Part shown: positions 10,003 through 19,485 of the stretch, one piece after another
How the letters are laid out: each line of letters starts with the position of its first letter
Numbering within the stretch: the first letter of the stretch is position 1
Source of the DNA: Nanobdellota archaeon
Lineage (GTDB): Archaea; Nanobdellota; Nanobdellia; Pacearchaeales; GW2011-AR1
Direction: 5' to 3'
Length of the DNA stretch: 64,000 bases
Assembly: GCA_038045705.1 (NCBI GenBank)
Contig: JBBSXO010000006.1
Coordinates: forward strand, 32,001-96,000
Made by a program: the position numbers and the translations under genes
The notes under the pieces: model-generated
The model's database searches: none
Seen by the model: only the letters and a program-made list of their open reading frames with translations
What the model was told of the DNA's origin: nothing

Positions 10003-11127
10003 TTAATTTTCATAAATAAAATCTTTTACCTTTTTTCTAGCAGCTTCTCTTTTCTTTTGGTGCTCTTTCAAGAACTCATTTATCTTATCAATAGTTATTT
10101 GTTTCAGTTCTCCAGATGTCATAGCTCCAGACTTATAAGCGTTATGAATTTCTCTAAGTTTTTTATCATCAGTTTCAAACATGTATCTTAAATATTGAAA
10201 AGCTACATCTATATCAGGGTTTCCTCCATGTCTTCTGTGTTCTTCAAGAGTATCACGACCTCCAGAGAAAGCATATTTTTTTATTTTTCTTTCAACTTCT
10301 TTTGGACTATCAGTAGTATAAATCGCTGTGTCTTGTTTGGAAGAACTCATTTTCCCCCCAGCACCTGTTAAAGGTGGAAGGAAACTACATTGTATTGAGG
10401 CAGGCTTATGATGTCCCAATTTTGGTAAGATATCTCTAGTCAACCTAAAATGCGCATCTTGATCAATTGCATGAGGTATTAAGCAAGGAATTTTCTTACG
10501 GTGAATTATCGAAGGTAAAAATGCAGGAACGGCCTGCATGGATGTATAAAATATCTGTCCTATGTTGGAGCTATCTTCAAGTCCAAAAGAAGATTTTACC
10601 ATTGAGAAAGTTATCTTTTTAGCAACTTTGCATGCTTCGGGATAAAGTAAGTCTGCATGTTTTGTATCAACTATAAAATGCGTCTTCTTTGGATCGAATC
10701 CGAGCGCAATAACATCAAGCATATTTTCTTCCAAATATTTCTGAGTATCTTCAAAACTCAAATCTTTCTTGAATAAAAATTTCTCTTCATCTGGAAACTG
10801 GAACCATAATTCAACATCGAAAGCATCTTGAAGCCATTTTGTAAATTGCCAAGCCATTAAATGTCCTAGGTGTATTGGACCAGAAGGAGATCTACCAGTA
10901 TAAAGAAAGAATTTATTTCCTTTTTCATATTCGTCAAGCAACCATTTTAAATCCCTATGAGCAAAAAATATTTTTCTATCAAGCATAAAGTTTTTACCAG
11001 CTATTTTTTCAATTCTCTTAATTAACCCATCAGATAATTCTTCAACGCCAAATTCCTTTACGATTCTCTTATAATCCACATTTTCAGAAACCTCCCATGG
11101 GGTAACGAATTGTTTATTATCTACCAT
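10003..11127 (-). CDS. trpS: Tryptophan--tRNA ligase (archaeal/eukaryotic type)
   Basis: VTPW, YTGRSPS-HLGH, AIDQD and KMSSS motifs. Confidence 0.95.
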   Translation of the reverse strand: MVDNKQFVTPWEVSENVDYKRIVKEFGVEELSDGLIKRIEKIAGKNFMLDRKIFFAHRDLKWLLDEYEKGNKFFLYTGRSPSGPIHLGHLMAWQFTKWLQDAFDVELWFQFPDEEKFLFKKDLSFEDTQKYLEENMLDVIALGFDPKKTHFIVDTKHADLLYPEACKVAKKITFSMVKSSFGLEDSSNIGQIFYTSMQAVPAFLPSIIHRKKIPCLIPHAIDQDAHFRLTRDILPKLGHHKPASIQCSFLPPLTGAGGKMSSSKQDTAIYTTDSPKEVERKIKKYAFSGGRDTLEEHRRHGGNPDIDVAFQYLRYMFETDDKKLREIHNAYKSGAMTSGELKQITIDKINEFLKEHQKKREAARKKVKDFIYEN

Positions 11128-11388
11128 GCTTAATTAATTGTAAAACCTAATATAAACATGTCGTTTTAATACTAGTTAAAAGTCTAAAATCTTAATAGAG
11201 TTGAAGATAGCTACAAAGCTAGGTTTTTAGCGATGTTTCCAATTAACTCAAAAGTATATGCGGATGTTAATGCAAAAATAGGTCAAGTTCTAAAAGTAAG
11301 GAAATCTTTCATCAGTTCTTTATCCACAAGAGCATAGCATAAATTGTCAATAACCTTTTTATACTACTAGAACATACATAATGAAAAG

Positions 11389-12540
11389 ATGGTATTTGAT
11401 TTTGTGGTTATAGGTGCTACGGGTATGCAAGGGCGCATAGTAACTAGAGACTTACTTGAAAATGGTTATTCTGTTCTATTGTGTGGAAGAGACAAAAAAA
11501 GAGTAGAATATCTTTTACATAAACACAATAGAACAGCATTCGAATATGTAGATGCTAGAGAATTAGAAAAGATGACAAGAGTATTCAAAAAATCTGGAGC
11601 TAAAATTATCATCAATTGTGTAGAAGGAGACTGGAATCTAAATGTCTTAAAATCTGCAATAAAAGCAGATATGCACTGCATAGACCTTGGTTCAGAGATA
11701 CCCATGACTAAAGAACAATTCGCTTTACATAATACCCTAAAAGATAAAAATCTAACACACATAACTGGTTGCGGTTCAGTTCCAGGAATAGGGAATGTTC
11801 TTCTAAATTTTGCAGCACAGAAGTTCGATTCAATACATACAATAGAAGTTGGCTTTGCTTGGAACTCAAATATAAAAAAATTTGTAGTTCCATTTTCAAT
11901 GGAAAGCATAATAGAAGAATTCACAGAACCTTCAACTAACATAAAAGATGGTAAATTTGTAAAGTCAAGACCACTTGACACTTTGATGAAAACAAAAGAA
12001 CCGTTCGTAGGGAAAGAAGAGTGCATGTTTGTGCGCCACCCAGAAACTTACACATTTTACCATTATTACAAAAACAAAGGCCTGAAGAATGTTAGATTTT
12101 ATGCTGAATTTCCACCACATTCTTTTGATGTAATTAAGCAACTGATAGATTTAGGTTTTGATAAAAAGGATAAAATACCAGTAGATGGAGTACACGTCAA
12201 ACCTATAGATGTAGTTACTCAAACTCTTAAAGACTTAAAATTTCCAGAAGGCTATAAAGAAAAAGAAAATCTATGGTTAAGATTGTATGGTAAGCATAAT
12301 GGTAAAAGAAAAAATATTCTTATAGAATGTATAGTTGGCACAAATAAAGGATGGGAAGATGCTGGTTGCAATATAGATACTGGAATGCCTGCAAGTATAA
12401 TAGCTCAAATGATAAAAGAAAAAGTAATTACAGAAAAAGGAAGCTTTGCTCCAGAAGCAGTTGTTCCACCCAAAACATTCTTTCATGAGCTAAAGAAAAG
12501 AGATATGATAATATACGAAAACGGCAAAAAGGTAAACTAA
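11389..12540 (+). CDS. Saccharopine dehydrogenase family protein
   Basis: Rossmann GATG, GCGSVPG, HPE and G.FAPE motifs. Confidence 0.85.
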   Translation: MVFDFVVIGATGMQGRIVTRDLLENGYSVLLCGRDKKRVEYLLHKHNRTAFEYVDARELEKMTRVFKKSGAKIIINCVEGDWNLNVLKSAIKADMHCIDLGSEIPMTKEQFALHNTLKDKNLTHITGCGSVPGIGNVLLNFAAQKFDSIHTIEVGFAWNSNIKKFVVPFSMESIIEEFTEPSTNIKDGKFVKSRPLDTLMKTKEPFVGKEECMFVRHPETYTFYHYYKNKGLKNVRFYAEFPPHSFDVIKQLIDLGFDKKDKIPVDGVHVKPIDVVTQTLKDLKFPEGYKEKENLWLRLYGKHNGKRKNILIECIVGTNKGWEDAGCNIDTGMPASIIAQMIKEKVITEKGSFAPEAVVPPKTFFHELKKRDMIIYENGKKVN

Positions 12541-12541
12541 C

Positions 12542-13726
12542 ATGAATATCAAACATAAAGTTTTTTGGAAGAATCCAGGTTACAGAGGATATTCTAAATT
12601 AAATAAAGATATTGAATGTGATTATCTTATAGTTGGTGGAGGAATATCAGGAGTTTCACTAGCTTATTTTCTTTCAACTTTGGGTGCAAAGAATGTAATC
12701 TTAATCGAAAAGGATATTCTGGGTTCTGGAGCAACTTCGCATTCGGCAGGAATGCTGACATTAAGAGGAGAATTAGATTTAACTCAGATATTTAATATCC
12801 TGGGTAAGAAAAAAGGATCTGAATATTGGGAAGCTAATAAGCACGGTTTAGATATAGTACGAAATATTATCTCTAGAGAGGGTATGAATTGTGATTATGA
12901 ACCAAATAATACTCTGTTTGGAAATATTAAAGGAGATTCAACTCATTCGTATTTGAGCAAAGAATATCTACTAGAAAAAGAACTAGATCAAAAAGCAACA
13001 TTTTTAATAGGAGAAGAAATCAAAAAAGAACTCAATACTCCTCTGTTCGATCAGGCAGTTCTTTCATATGACCATGGGATTTCAGTAAATCCAGTAAAAC
13101 ATGTTCAAGAATTAGCAAGGGTAACAGCAAGAAAAGGAGTAAGATTTTTTGAAAAAACAAGACTAAACAGTTATACGAAAAATATCGCAACAGCGAATCA
13201 CCATAAAATAAAATTCAAAAAAATAATTCTTGCAATTGACAAAGATTTTAATCATCCTCATGTAAAAAACAGAAAATCCACTATAGTAATTACGAAACCT
13301 CTTACTGATAAAGAAATAGAAAACATAGGTATGAAAACAAGAAAATTTATTTGGGATACAGAAGATGAATACCACTATCTAAAACTAACCAAAGAAAATC
13401 GTATGATGATAGGTTTTGGAGATTTATTTGTAAAAAAAAGACATAAGAAATTATCTCCTCATACTCACCATCTACATAAGATAATATCTTTTACAAAGAG
13501 ATTATTCCCTCAGATTAATCTTAAACCTGAATATGCATGGTCTGGTATTTTCTCAACTAGCTCAAATTTACTTCCTGTGATTCATGAAAAAGAAAACAGG
13601 ATTTCTGTATCAGGTGCAGGCTCACAAGTTGTATGTGTTCTAGCATCACATTACATAGCTCATAAGTTGATGGGTGGAAAATCACCTCTAGACAAAATAC
13701 TTAAGAACACCTGGATAATAAAGTAA
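12542..13726 (+). CDS. FAD-dependent oxidoreductase (DAO/PuuB-like)
   Basis: IVGGGISG, GSGATSHSAG and YAWSG motifs; coupled to the saccharopine dehydrogenase gene. Confidence 0.85.
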   Translation: MNIKHKVFWKNPGYRGYSKLNKDIECDYLIVGGGISGVSLAYFLSTLGAKNVILIEKDILGSGATSHSAGMLTLRGELDLTQIFNILGKKKGSEYWEANKHGLDIVRNIISREGMNCDYEPNNTLFGNIKGDSTHSYLSKEYLLEKELDQKATFLIGEEIKKELNTPLFDQAVLSYDHGISVNPVKHVQELARVTARKGVRFFEKTRLNSYTKNIATANHHKIKFKKIILAIDKDFNHPHVKNRKSTIVITKPLTDKEIENIGMKTRKFIWDTEDEYHYLKLTKENRMMIGFGDLFVKKRHKKLSPHTHHLHKIISFTKRLFPQINLKPEYAWSGIFSTSSNLLPVIHEKENRISVSGAGSQVVCVLASHYIAHKLMGGKSPLDKILKNTWIIK

Positions 13727-13727
13727 T

Positions 13728-14156
13728 ATGGGCTTCATAAAAGCTGGATTTACGGGTGGATTTCTAGGAATAGTAATTAGTATAGCAGACATTTTTATAA
13801 ACTCAAAAATTTTAGAAAAATTATCTTCTTTAGGAGTATATGTGGCAAGTTCATTTGGAAAGGTTTGCATAAACACAATCACAAATGAATGTACATTTTC
13901 TGAAAAATTTACCACAATTCTTGCAACAATTGTAGGCAACACAGTGGCTTATTTTATAGCATTTTCTCTAATAAGCTTAACAGTAAGCATAATTGCAATG
14001 TGGCTTACACCATCTAAAAAAGAACAACAAATAATAGTTCAACAACCCCAAATGATCCAAACTCCTCAAGTTCAAGAAGTAAAACAAACAGAACAAAAGA
14101 TGGCATTAGAAAAAAGACCTATAAAGAGAGCCAAAATATCAAAAAAGAGAAAATAA
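13728..14156 (+). CDS. Membrane protein
   Basis: Two hydrophobic segments and a Gln/Lys-rich tail. Confidence 0.65.
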   Translation: MGFIKAGFTGGFLGIVISIADIFINSKILEKLSSLGVYVASSFGKVCINTITNECTFSEKFTTILATIVGNTVAYFIAFSLISLTVSIIAMWLTPSKKEQQIIVQQPQMIQTPQVQEVKQTEQKMALEKRPIKRAKISKKRK

Positions 14157-14168
14157 ATAGTTTAAAAA

Positions 14169-14573
14169 CTAAATTTCTTCTTCATCTTCAGAATCGTCAG
14201 AATTGCTAGGTTCTACAAATTCAGATTCTTCATCTACGTCCAGTTCTAACTCTTTCAAAATAGCAATTATCTTATCTAATTTGACATTAATTTGTTTTAA
14301 GTCTTCAGAATTTCCAGGACTCGAAAAGTTACTTCTTCTATCTCCTTGTTTCTCAAAGCATTGACTACAAAGAACAGGTTTAGTTCCTGTTGGTTTGAAT
14401 GGAACTTGACAAGCCTTTCCGCAAGTACTGCAAGTAGCATCAAACATTTCAGTATTCCTTCTCTCAGGTCTTCTATCGCGATTAAATCCTCCGCCAAAGC
14501 CCCCGCCATTAAAGTCTCTACCACGAGGTCTTCCACCGAATCCACCACGATTTCCTCCATCAAATCTACCCAT
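14169..14573 (-). CDS. CxxC-x17-CxxC domain protein
   Basis: Gly/Arg-rich N-terminus then MFDATCSTCGKACQVPFKP...PVLCSQCF. Confidence 0.9.
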   Translation of the reverse strand: MGRFDGGNRGGFGGRPRGRDFNGGGFGGGFNRDRRPERRNTEMFDATCSTCGKACQVPFKPTGTKPVLCSQCFEKQGDRRSNFSSPGNSEDLKQINVKLDKIIAILKELELDVDEESEFVEPSNSDDSEDEEEI

Positions 14574-14616
14574 GATAAAACGTTAAAATCTGGCTATTTA
14601 AATGTGTCTAAGAGAA

Positions 14617-15099
14617 TTAATTTTTTTTCAAATCGTCTTTTTTAACATTGAGCATGACATTTTCCCCTATCTCTCTAATACAGTTTGAGGGAATTGTTAT
14701 TTCTTCCTTGAATAAGAAAGAAAGAATATTGGGTCTGACAATTAAACTTACAATTTGATTTTTATTTTCATAAAGTTCTATAGAAGAAACTCTTCCAATT
14801 ATTCTTCCATCTTTATCAAAAACAACTTTACCTTTAACTTCATAAGAAACTCTTATTTTCAGAAAGACAGCATGTTCTGTTATTTTATTGATATAATTTC
14901 TGCCAACAGTCAATCCTTTTCTCAAAAACCCTTTATCTACAGATATCCCTACGAATTCCAATTCATTAGGGTCTATAAGCACTTTTTCTATAACTCCGAT
15001 AAATGTTCCATCGAAATCAATTACTTCTTTACCTAATAGATCCTCAGACGTTAGAGCTTTGCTCAAGTCTCTTCCAGAGATAGACTTTTGTGGCATCAT
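14617..15099 (-). CDS. PRC-barrel domain protein (two barrels)
   Basis: LLGKEVIDFDGTFIG and VKGKVVFDKDGRIIG repeats. Confidence 0.85.
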   Translation of the reverse strand: MMPQKSISGRDLSKALTSEDLLGKEVIDFDGTFIGVIEKVLIDPNELEFVGISVDKGFLRKGLTVGRNYINKITEHAVFLKIRVSYEVKGKVVFDKDGRIIGRVSSIELYENKNQIVSLIVRPNILSFLFKEEITIPSNCIREIGENVMLNVKKDDLKKN

Positions 15100-15544
15100 A
15101 TTTTCTTTTTACAGTAACAGAAGAAGCTATTTGCTTAATCTCAGATTCGGGAATAAGATATTTTCTCCACCAGCTTCGTATAATTAAACTTTCTATTTCA
15201 TTAGTTGTTCCTTTTCGGTTTACTTGTGTAACTCTTCCTAAGACCATGCCATCTAAAGTAATTACTTTTTTTCCTTTTAGCAAAATACTAAGCTCTGTAT
15301 TAAGTATTACTGACTGCATTGAAAGTGTAGAAAAGTAAGCTCTTCCAATGTAAATTGGTTTTTCAAATTCTCTTTTAACAACTATCCCCTCCAATTCTAA
15401 GTTTTCAAAGTTAACTCTTACTTCAGAAATCATACCAACAATAACTCCGCCACTAGATAAAACTCTTTTACCTATTAACTTTCTTATATTTACAGTTTGA
15501 TCTAAATTCACTTCTTTTTTTGTTACGTATTGATAATCTACCAC
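15044..15544 (-). CDS. PRC-barrel domain protein (two barrels)
   Basis: LIGKRVLSSGGVIVG and LKGKKVITLDGMVLG repeats. Confidence 0.85.
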   Translation of the reverse strand: MVDYQYVTKKEVNLDQTVNIRKLIGKRVLSSGGVIVGMISEVRVNFENLELEGIVVKREFEKPIYIGRAYFSTLSMQSVILNTELSILLKGKKVITLDGMVLGRVTQVNRKGTTNEIESLIIRSWWRKYLIPESEIKQIASSVTVKRKYDATKVYLWKRLEQSSNV

Positions 15545-15572
15545 TAATTTAGATAGTTCTGTAGTATAAATA

Positions 15573-16193
15573 CTATGCGGAAATTAAATAGAAAATAAGA
15601 ATCAATGTAATATATTTGCATATTTTACCTAATAACGTCAAGGTGAATAAACGTGCGAAATTGTATCTTGCAATTCCTAATGCAAAAGTCAACAGCGGTC
15701 CAGGAAATGGTAAAAAGTTAAAAAGAAATATGCCAACTGAACCGTATTTATTAACAAATCTTCTTCCCTCATAAACTTTCTTCTTAGATATAATATGCAT
15801 TATTAATGGGCTTATTTTTTTCCCAGCATAATAGTTCAGAACTTGAGAGATCATATATCCGATAGTAGAAAAAATTAGAGCAAGAAAGTAATTATTTCCT
15901 TTCAATAATCCATAATAAAATATTATCTCATCAGGTGACGGAACAAAAAATATTCCACCTATTAGATGGGCTAGAAACAAACCCCAGAGTGTAACGTTTT
16001 TAATATTATCTGTTAAAAAAAGTACCAAATTTTCAAAATAAGGAAGAGAGTATAATAATTGATAGAAAAATGTCGAAAAAAAGATGCTTATAATTAAAAT
16101 TATAAGTAATATTATTATTGAAGAAATAAGTGTCCAGATTTTATGGGTATGTGAATTCTCCTGAATAAAGTTATAATCTGTCATATCTACCAT
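15573..16193 (-). CDS. VTT/DedA-like membrane protein
   Basis: PSPDE, KYGSVGIFLFNFLPFP and GKICKY patterns. Confidence 0.75.
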   Translation of the reverse strand: MVDMTDYNFIQENSHTHKIWTLISSIIILLIILIISIFFSTFFYQLLYSLPYFENLVLFLTDNIKNVTLWGLFLAHLIGGIFFVPSPDEIIFYYGLLKGNNYFLALIFSTIGYMISQVLNYYAGKKISPLIMHIISKKKVYEGRRFVNKYGSVGIFLFNFLPFPGPLLTFALGIARYNFARLFTLTLLGKICKYITLILIFYLISA

Positions 16194-16233
16194 AATATAC
16201 TTTAGTTATTATATTCTTTCCTAAGAATTATAT

Positions 16234-16395
16234 TCAAAGTTGCCCATTCTGGGTGAATTTTCTCATTGCCTGCTCAAGAACAACTTGAGGAGCAAATCCC
16301 TTTCTACTGCATGCCTTCATAAATTCATCAAATGTATTTTGGTCAACCATAAAGTCAAGTTTTCTTTTCTTTGCTCCTGGTGGTGTTGCTGCCAT
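16234..16395 (-). CDS. Small ribbon-helix-helix-like protein (53 aa)
   Basis: Manual translation MAATPPGAKKRKLDFMVDQNTFDEFMKACSRKGFAPQVVLEQAMRKFTQNGQL; TTTATAAA about 25 bp upstream; below the ORF-track cutoff. Confidence 0.7.
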   Translation of the reverse strand: MAATPPGAKKRKLDFMVDQNTFDEFMKACSRKGFAPQVVLEQAMRKFTQNGQL

Positions 16396-16447
16396 ACTAA
16401 ATCTAGATATTATATGTTTATAAACATTCAGAATGATTTTTTGATTG

Positions 16448-16861
16448 TCAATTCTTCCAATTTTTATTTGGTTGCATCATCCCAACTCTGTTGCCTTCCG
16501 TATCAAAAAATGAAACATAAGTTCCGAATCCTGGTATTTCCATTGGTTCTCCTGATATTTCACCACCTGCAACTCTAATATTCTTAATAGCTTCTTTGTA
16601 ATCATCAACACCTATAACAACAGAAGGATAGTTTGAAGTAGCATCATCCGTCTTTTTGTAAAAACCCCCATTAATTGCTCCAGGCTTTTTAGGAAAAGAA
16701 GTCTCTTCATCGATTTCAGTTGTAGTTGCAAGTACATAGTTTCCCATTTCATCCCCAAGCATATTAGTTTTCCATCCAAATACTTTAGAATAGAATTCCA
16801 TCATTCGATTCATATCTTTTGCAGGCATTTCAAAATGTACTACAGAGTTCATTTTAACCAT
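16448..16861 (-). CDS. VOC/glyoxalase family protein
   Basis: VVHFEMPA...FYSKVFGW and FDTEGNRVG motifs. Confidence 0.9.
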   Translation of the reverse strand: MVKMNSVVHFEMPAKDMNRMMEFYSKVFGWKTNMLGDEMGNYVLATTTEIDEETSFPKKPGAINGGFYKKTDDATSNYPSVVIGVDDYKEAIKNIRVAGGEISGEPMEIPGFGTYVSFFDTEGNRVGMMQPNKNWKN

Positions 16862-16915
16862 ACGGCAAAATTACCCCTAAGCATTAATAAATTTATGCAG
16901 TCTAGTCATCTCAAT

Positions 16916-17556
16916 TTATCTAATTAATTTTTTAGGAAATTCCTTTGCTATACGCGGATTTTCTTTTTTGAATCTTTTTATTATCCTATCAAGAAAAGCA
17001 ATTTGACCAAATTTAATGTAGAAATAACCGACTAAAGAAGAGAATAAAGCTCCGATGTTATTCACAATTAAGTCTCCCATTGTATCAACTAATCCAGATT
17101 TTTGCATATTCAGTCCAAAAAATTGATCCATTCCAAATTCGAATATTTCCCAAATTCCTCCAATAGCTGCAGCAAGGGAAAATGAGAAAATAGCAATACT
17201 ACCTGGAGCAGCTACAATATTTCTGTTTCTGTAGAGGATTAAAAGAATAAGAAAGCCAACCAATCCTATAATAACTCCTGTAATGGTATGTAAACCAAGA
17301 TCCCACCACCAAAATGAAGAATAATATCCTCTAAGTTCTCCAAGAAAAATAGAACAGTAGATTAAGAGCACGATGAATATCTCAAATTCTATTGGAATGT
17401 CTATCCTATAACGTCTTTCAATAAAAAAAGCAAAAAATGTTAATAAAAGTGCGAAAATAACAATTCCTAAAACGTGCCAGTTTTCAGATAGTATAGACCT
17501 ATATAAAGCAAGTATTAAAGTAATTCTAACAAACCAAATAAAAAAGAAGTGAAACT
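16916..17556 (-). pseudogene. Integral membrane protein (DUF2238-like), apparently 5'-truncated
   Basis: WWWDLGLH, IWEIFEF and DTMGDL motifs; the frame stays open and hydrophobic upstream of the GTG at 17371 to about 17556 with no start codon. Confidence 0.6.
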
Positions 17557-18125
17557 TACTCCAAGATGGTCTAACTCCAGAAAATAAAACATTAAGAGAA
17601 ATATATGATCTTCAAAATACTGAAAAAGTCTTTTTTGAATTGTTTAATTCAAATGAAGAAATTACTCATGAATTTATAATTAATGTTCATGATTCTCTTT
17701 TAGAAAATATCGATCCAAGAAAAGGTTATAGAACAACGGACGTAAGAGTCATAAGAAGTAACTTTGATGCTACTCCTGCACCTTATGTTAAAACAGATAT
17801 GAATTTATTAGTAAAATGGTATGAAGATCATAAAAATAAGTTGCATCCATTAACTTTAGCTACAATTTTTCACCATAAGTTTGAGAAAATCCATCCATTT
17901 ATGGATGGAAATGGAAGAACTGGAAGAATGATATTAAGTTATATTTTATTAAAAAACAACTATCCAGCGCTGATAATCCGTAAAAAAACTAAGTCTCTTT
18001 ATCTTAATGCATTAAAAAAGGCAGATAAAAGTGATTTAACAAAGTTTCCAATGGAAGATTATTCAGAGATAGTTCAGTTTAACGTGCAAGAAATGATTGA
18101 TACTTATTGGAATATCTTTCTTTAA
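17553..18125 (+). pseudogene. Fic family protein, 5'-truncated
   Basis: HPFMDGNGRTGR motif; the frame extends upstream as NLLQDGLTPENKTLREIYDLQN to a TGA at 17550, with no ATG and no N-terminal SxxIEG helix. Confidence 0.7.
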
Positions 18126-18182
18126 AGCTAAGAGATTTTAAGGATTGTCGAATGTGGATACAATAGTACTATGATGGTATAA

Positions 18183-18266
18183 CGCCCGGACCAGGAATCG
18201 AACCTGGGCATCGCTTGCGCGAAACAAGTTCTCCAAACTTGCGCAATTCCATTATGCGATCCGGGC
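18183..18266 (-). tRNA. tRNA-Ser(GGA)
   Basis: GCCCGGA/TCCGGGC acceptor stem, CAAGT-TTGGAGA-ACTTG anticodon arm, long variable arm, CCAGG-TTCGATT-CCTGG T arm, discriminator G. Confidence 0.95.
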
Positions 18267-18317
18267 AATTAGATATTTCCTAGAATAAAAGAAGTCTTTT
18301 AAATATTAGTAATAAAC

Positions 18318-18995
18318 TTATTTTCCGTTTCTGGTCTTGTACAATGGTTCGAAATTTTCTAGTATCTGTCTAGCTACTTCTTCCTGTGAAAGGTTAGCAT
18401 TAATCTTTACAACTCTCCCAAGTAGTTTATTTGTAATTGAATCTAATTCTAAGGAATTAGCATATATTAATTCGTGACAAGCCACTACCTTTCTTATAAA
18501 ATCTGGTTGTTCAAATATTTCTTTTGTCTGACATCTCTTTGCAATTCTTCTTATGGCCTCTTCAGCATCTAAATCAAGATAGTATGTAACATCTGGAGCT
18601 TCTATCTCAGCTATTTCATGAGCCCTTATTAATTCATCCATTGGTTGATTTTGGGCAGACTGATATGCTAAAGTTGACATAGAGAATCTATCTCCTAAGA
18701 CAACTCTTTGTTTTGCAACGTCAGGTTTTATTTCGTTATGATAATGAGGTTTTCTATCTTCTCCTACAAAAAGTTCAGTCATTCTTCTAGCATTAGTCAT
18801 AGGATCATCTTGTTTTTCAAGCATCCCTATTAATTCCCTGGCTTTATGAGTTGGTTCTCGTGTAAGAACAATATTTTGATATTTATTCCAGCCTCTTATA
18901 GCTTTTTCCACATGCCCAATGGCAGTTCCTTTTCCAGACCCATCAACACCTTCAAAAACTACAAATAAACCGACAACCATTTTATTTCCTTTCAT
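18318..18995 (-). CDS. tmk: Thymidylate kinase
   Basis: FEGVDGSGKGT, TREP and DRFSMSTLAYQ motifs. Confidence 0.92.
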   Translation of the reverse strand: MKGNKMVVGLFVVFEGVDGSGKGTAIGHVEKAIRGWNKYQNIVLTREPTHKARELIGMLEKQDDPMTNARRMTELFVGEDRKPHYHNEIKPDVAKQRVVLGDRFSMSTLAYQSAQNQPMDELIRAHEIAEIEAPDVTYYLDLDAEEAIRRIAKRCQTKEIFEQPDFIRKVVACHELIYANSLELDSITNKLLGRVVKINANLSQEEVARQILENFEPLYKTRNGK

Positions 18996-19485
18996 AAGTC
19001 ACAAATTCGTACTCTGCTCTATGACCTTCTGCAACTTTTTGCCAAACATTTAAGTCTATTTTTGGAAAGAAAGAATCTCCAGTATAGTTTCTGTGGATGT
19101 GAGTTATTTCAAGCCTATCTGCAATCTCTATAGATGATCTATAAATTTCTTCACCACCAATTACATAAACTTCTCCATCTTCTCTAAATTTTCTAGCTTC
19201 TTCAATGGCTGTCTCAAGATTAAGTCTATAAATCACATCTGATTTATCAGAATGGTTAAGAGTTCTACTCACCACTACATTTAATCTATTTTTTAGTGGA
19301 GTTCCAATAGATTCATAGGTTTTACGACCCATAATCACTCCATGATTAGCAGTTAATCTTACAAATCTCTCCATATCTTCTCTAATTCTCATGCTAAACT
19401 CAGGATCATCTACCCATGGCATCTTTCCTTGGTAACCAATAACATTATCATTTGCAACAGCAGCAATTAGAATTATTTTTCCCAT
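18982..19485 (-). CDS. folA: Dihydrofolate reductase
   Basis: VIG...MPW, IMGRKTYES, IGGEEIY and GDSFFP motifs. Confidence 0.95.
   Translation of the reverse strand: MGKIILIAAVANDNVIGYQGKMPWVDDPEFSMRIREDMERFVRLTANHGVIMGRKTYESIGTPLKNRLNVVVSRTLNHSDKSDVIYRLNLETAIEEARKFREDGEVYVIGGEEIYRSSIEIADRLEITHIHRNYTGDSFFPKIDLNVWQKVAEGHRAEYEFVTYERK

Noticed and set aside
11466-12026. 186-aa antisense ORF (and similar shadow ORFs in ileS, the ATPase, CYTH and surface genes)
   Set aside because: Antisense shadows of well-supported genes
16240-16578. 112-aa plus-strand ORF
   Set aside because: Antisense to the VOC gene and the 53-aa RHH-like gene
18183-18266. tRNA-Ser as an integration site for the Fic region
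   Set aside because: No integrase nearby and I found no duplicate of its 3' end
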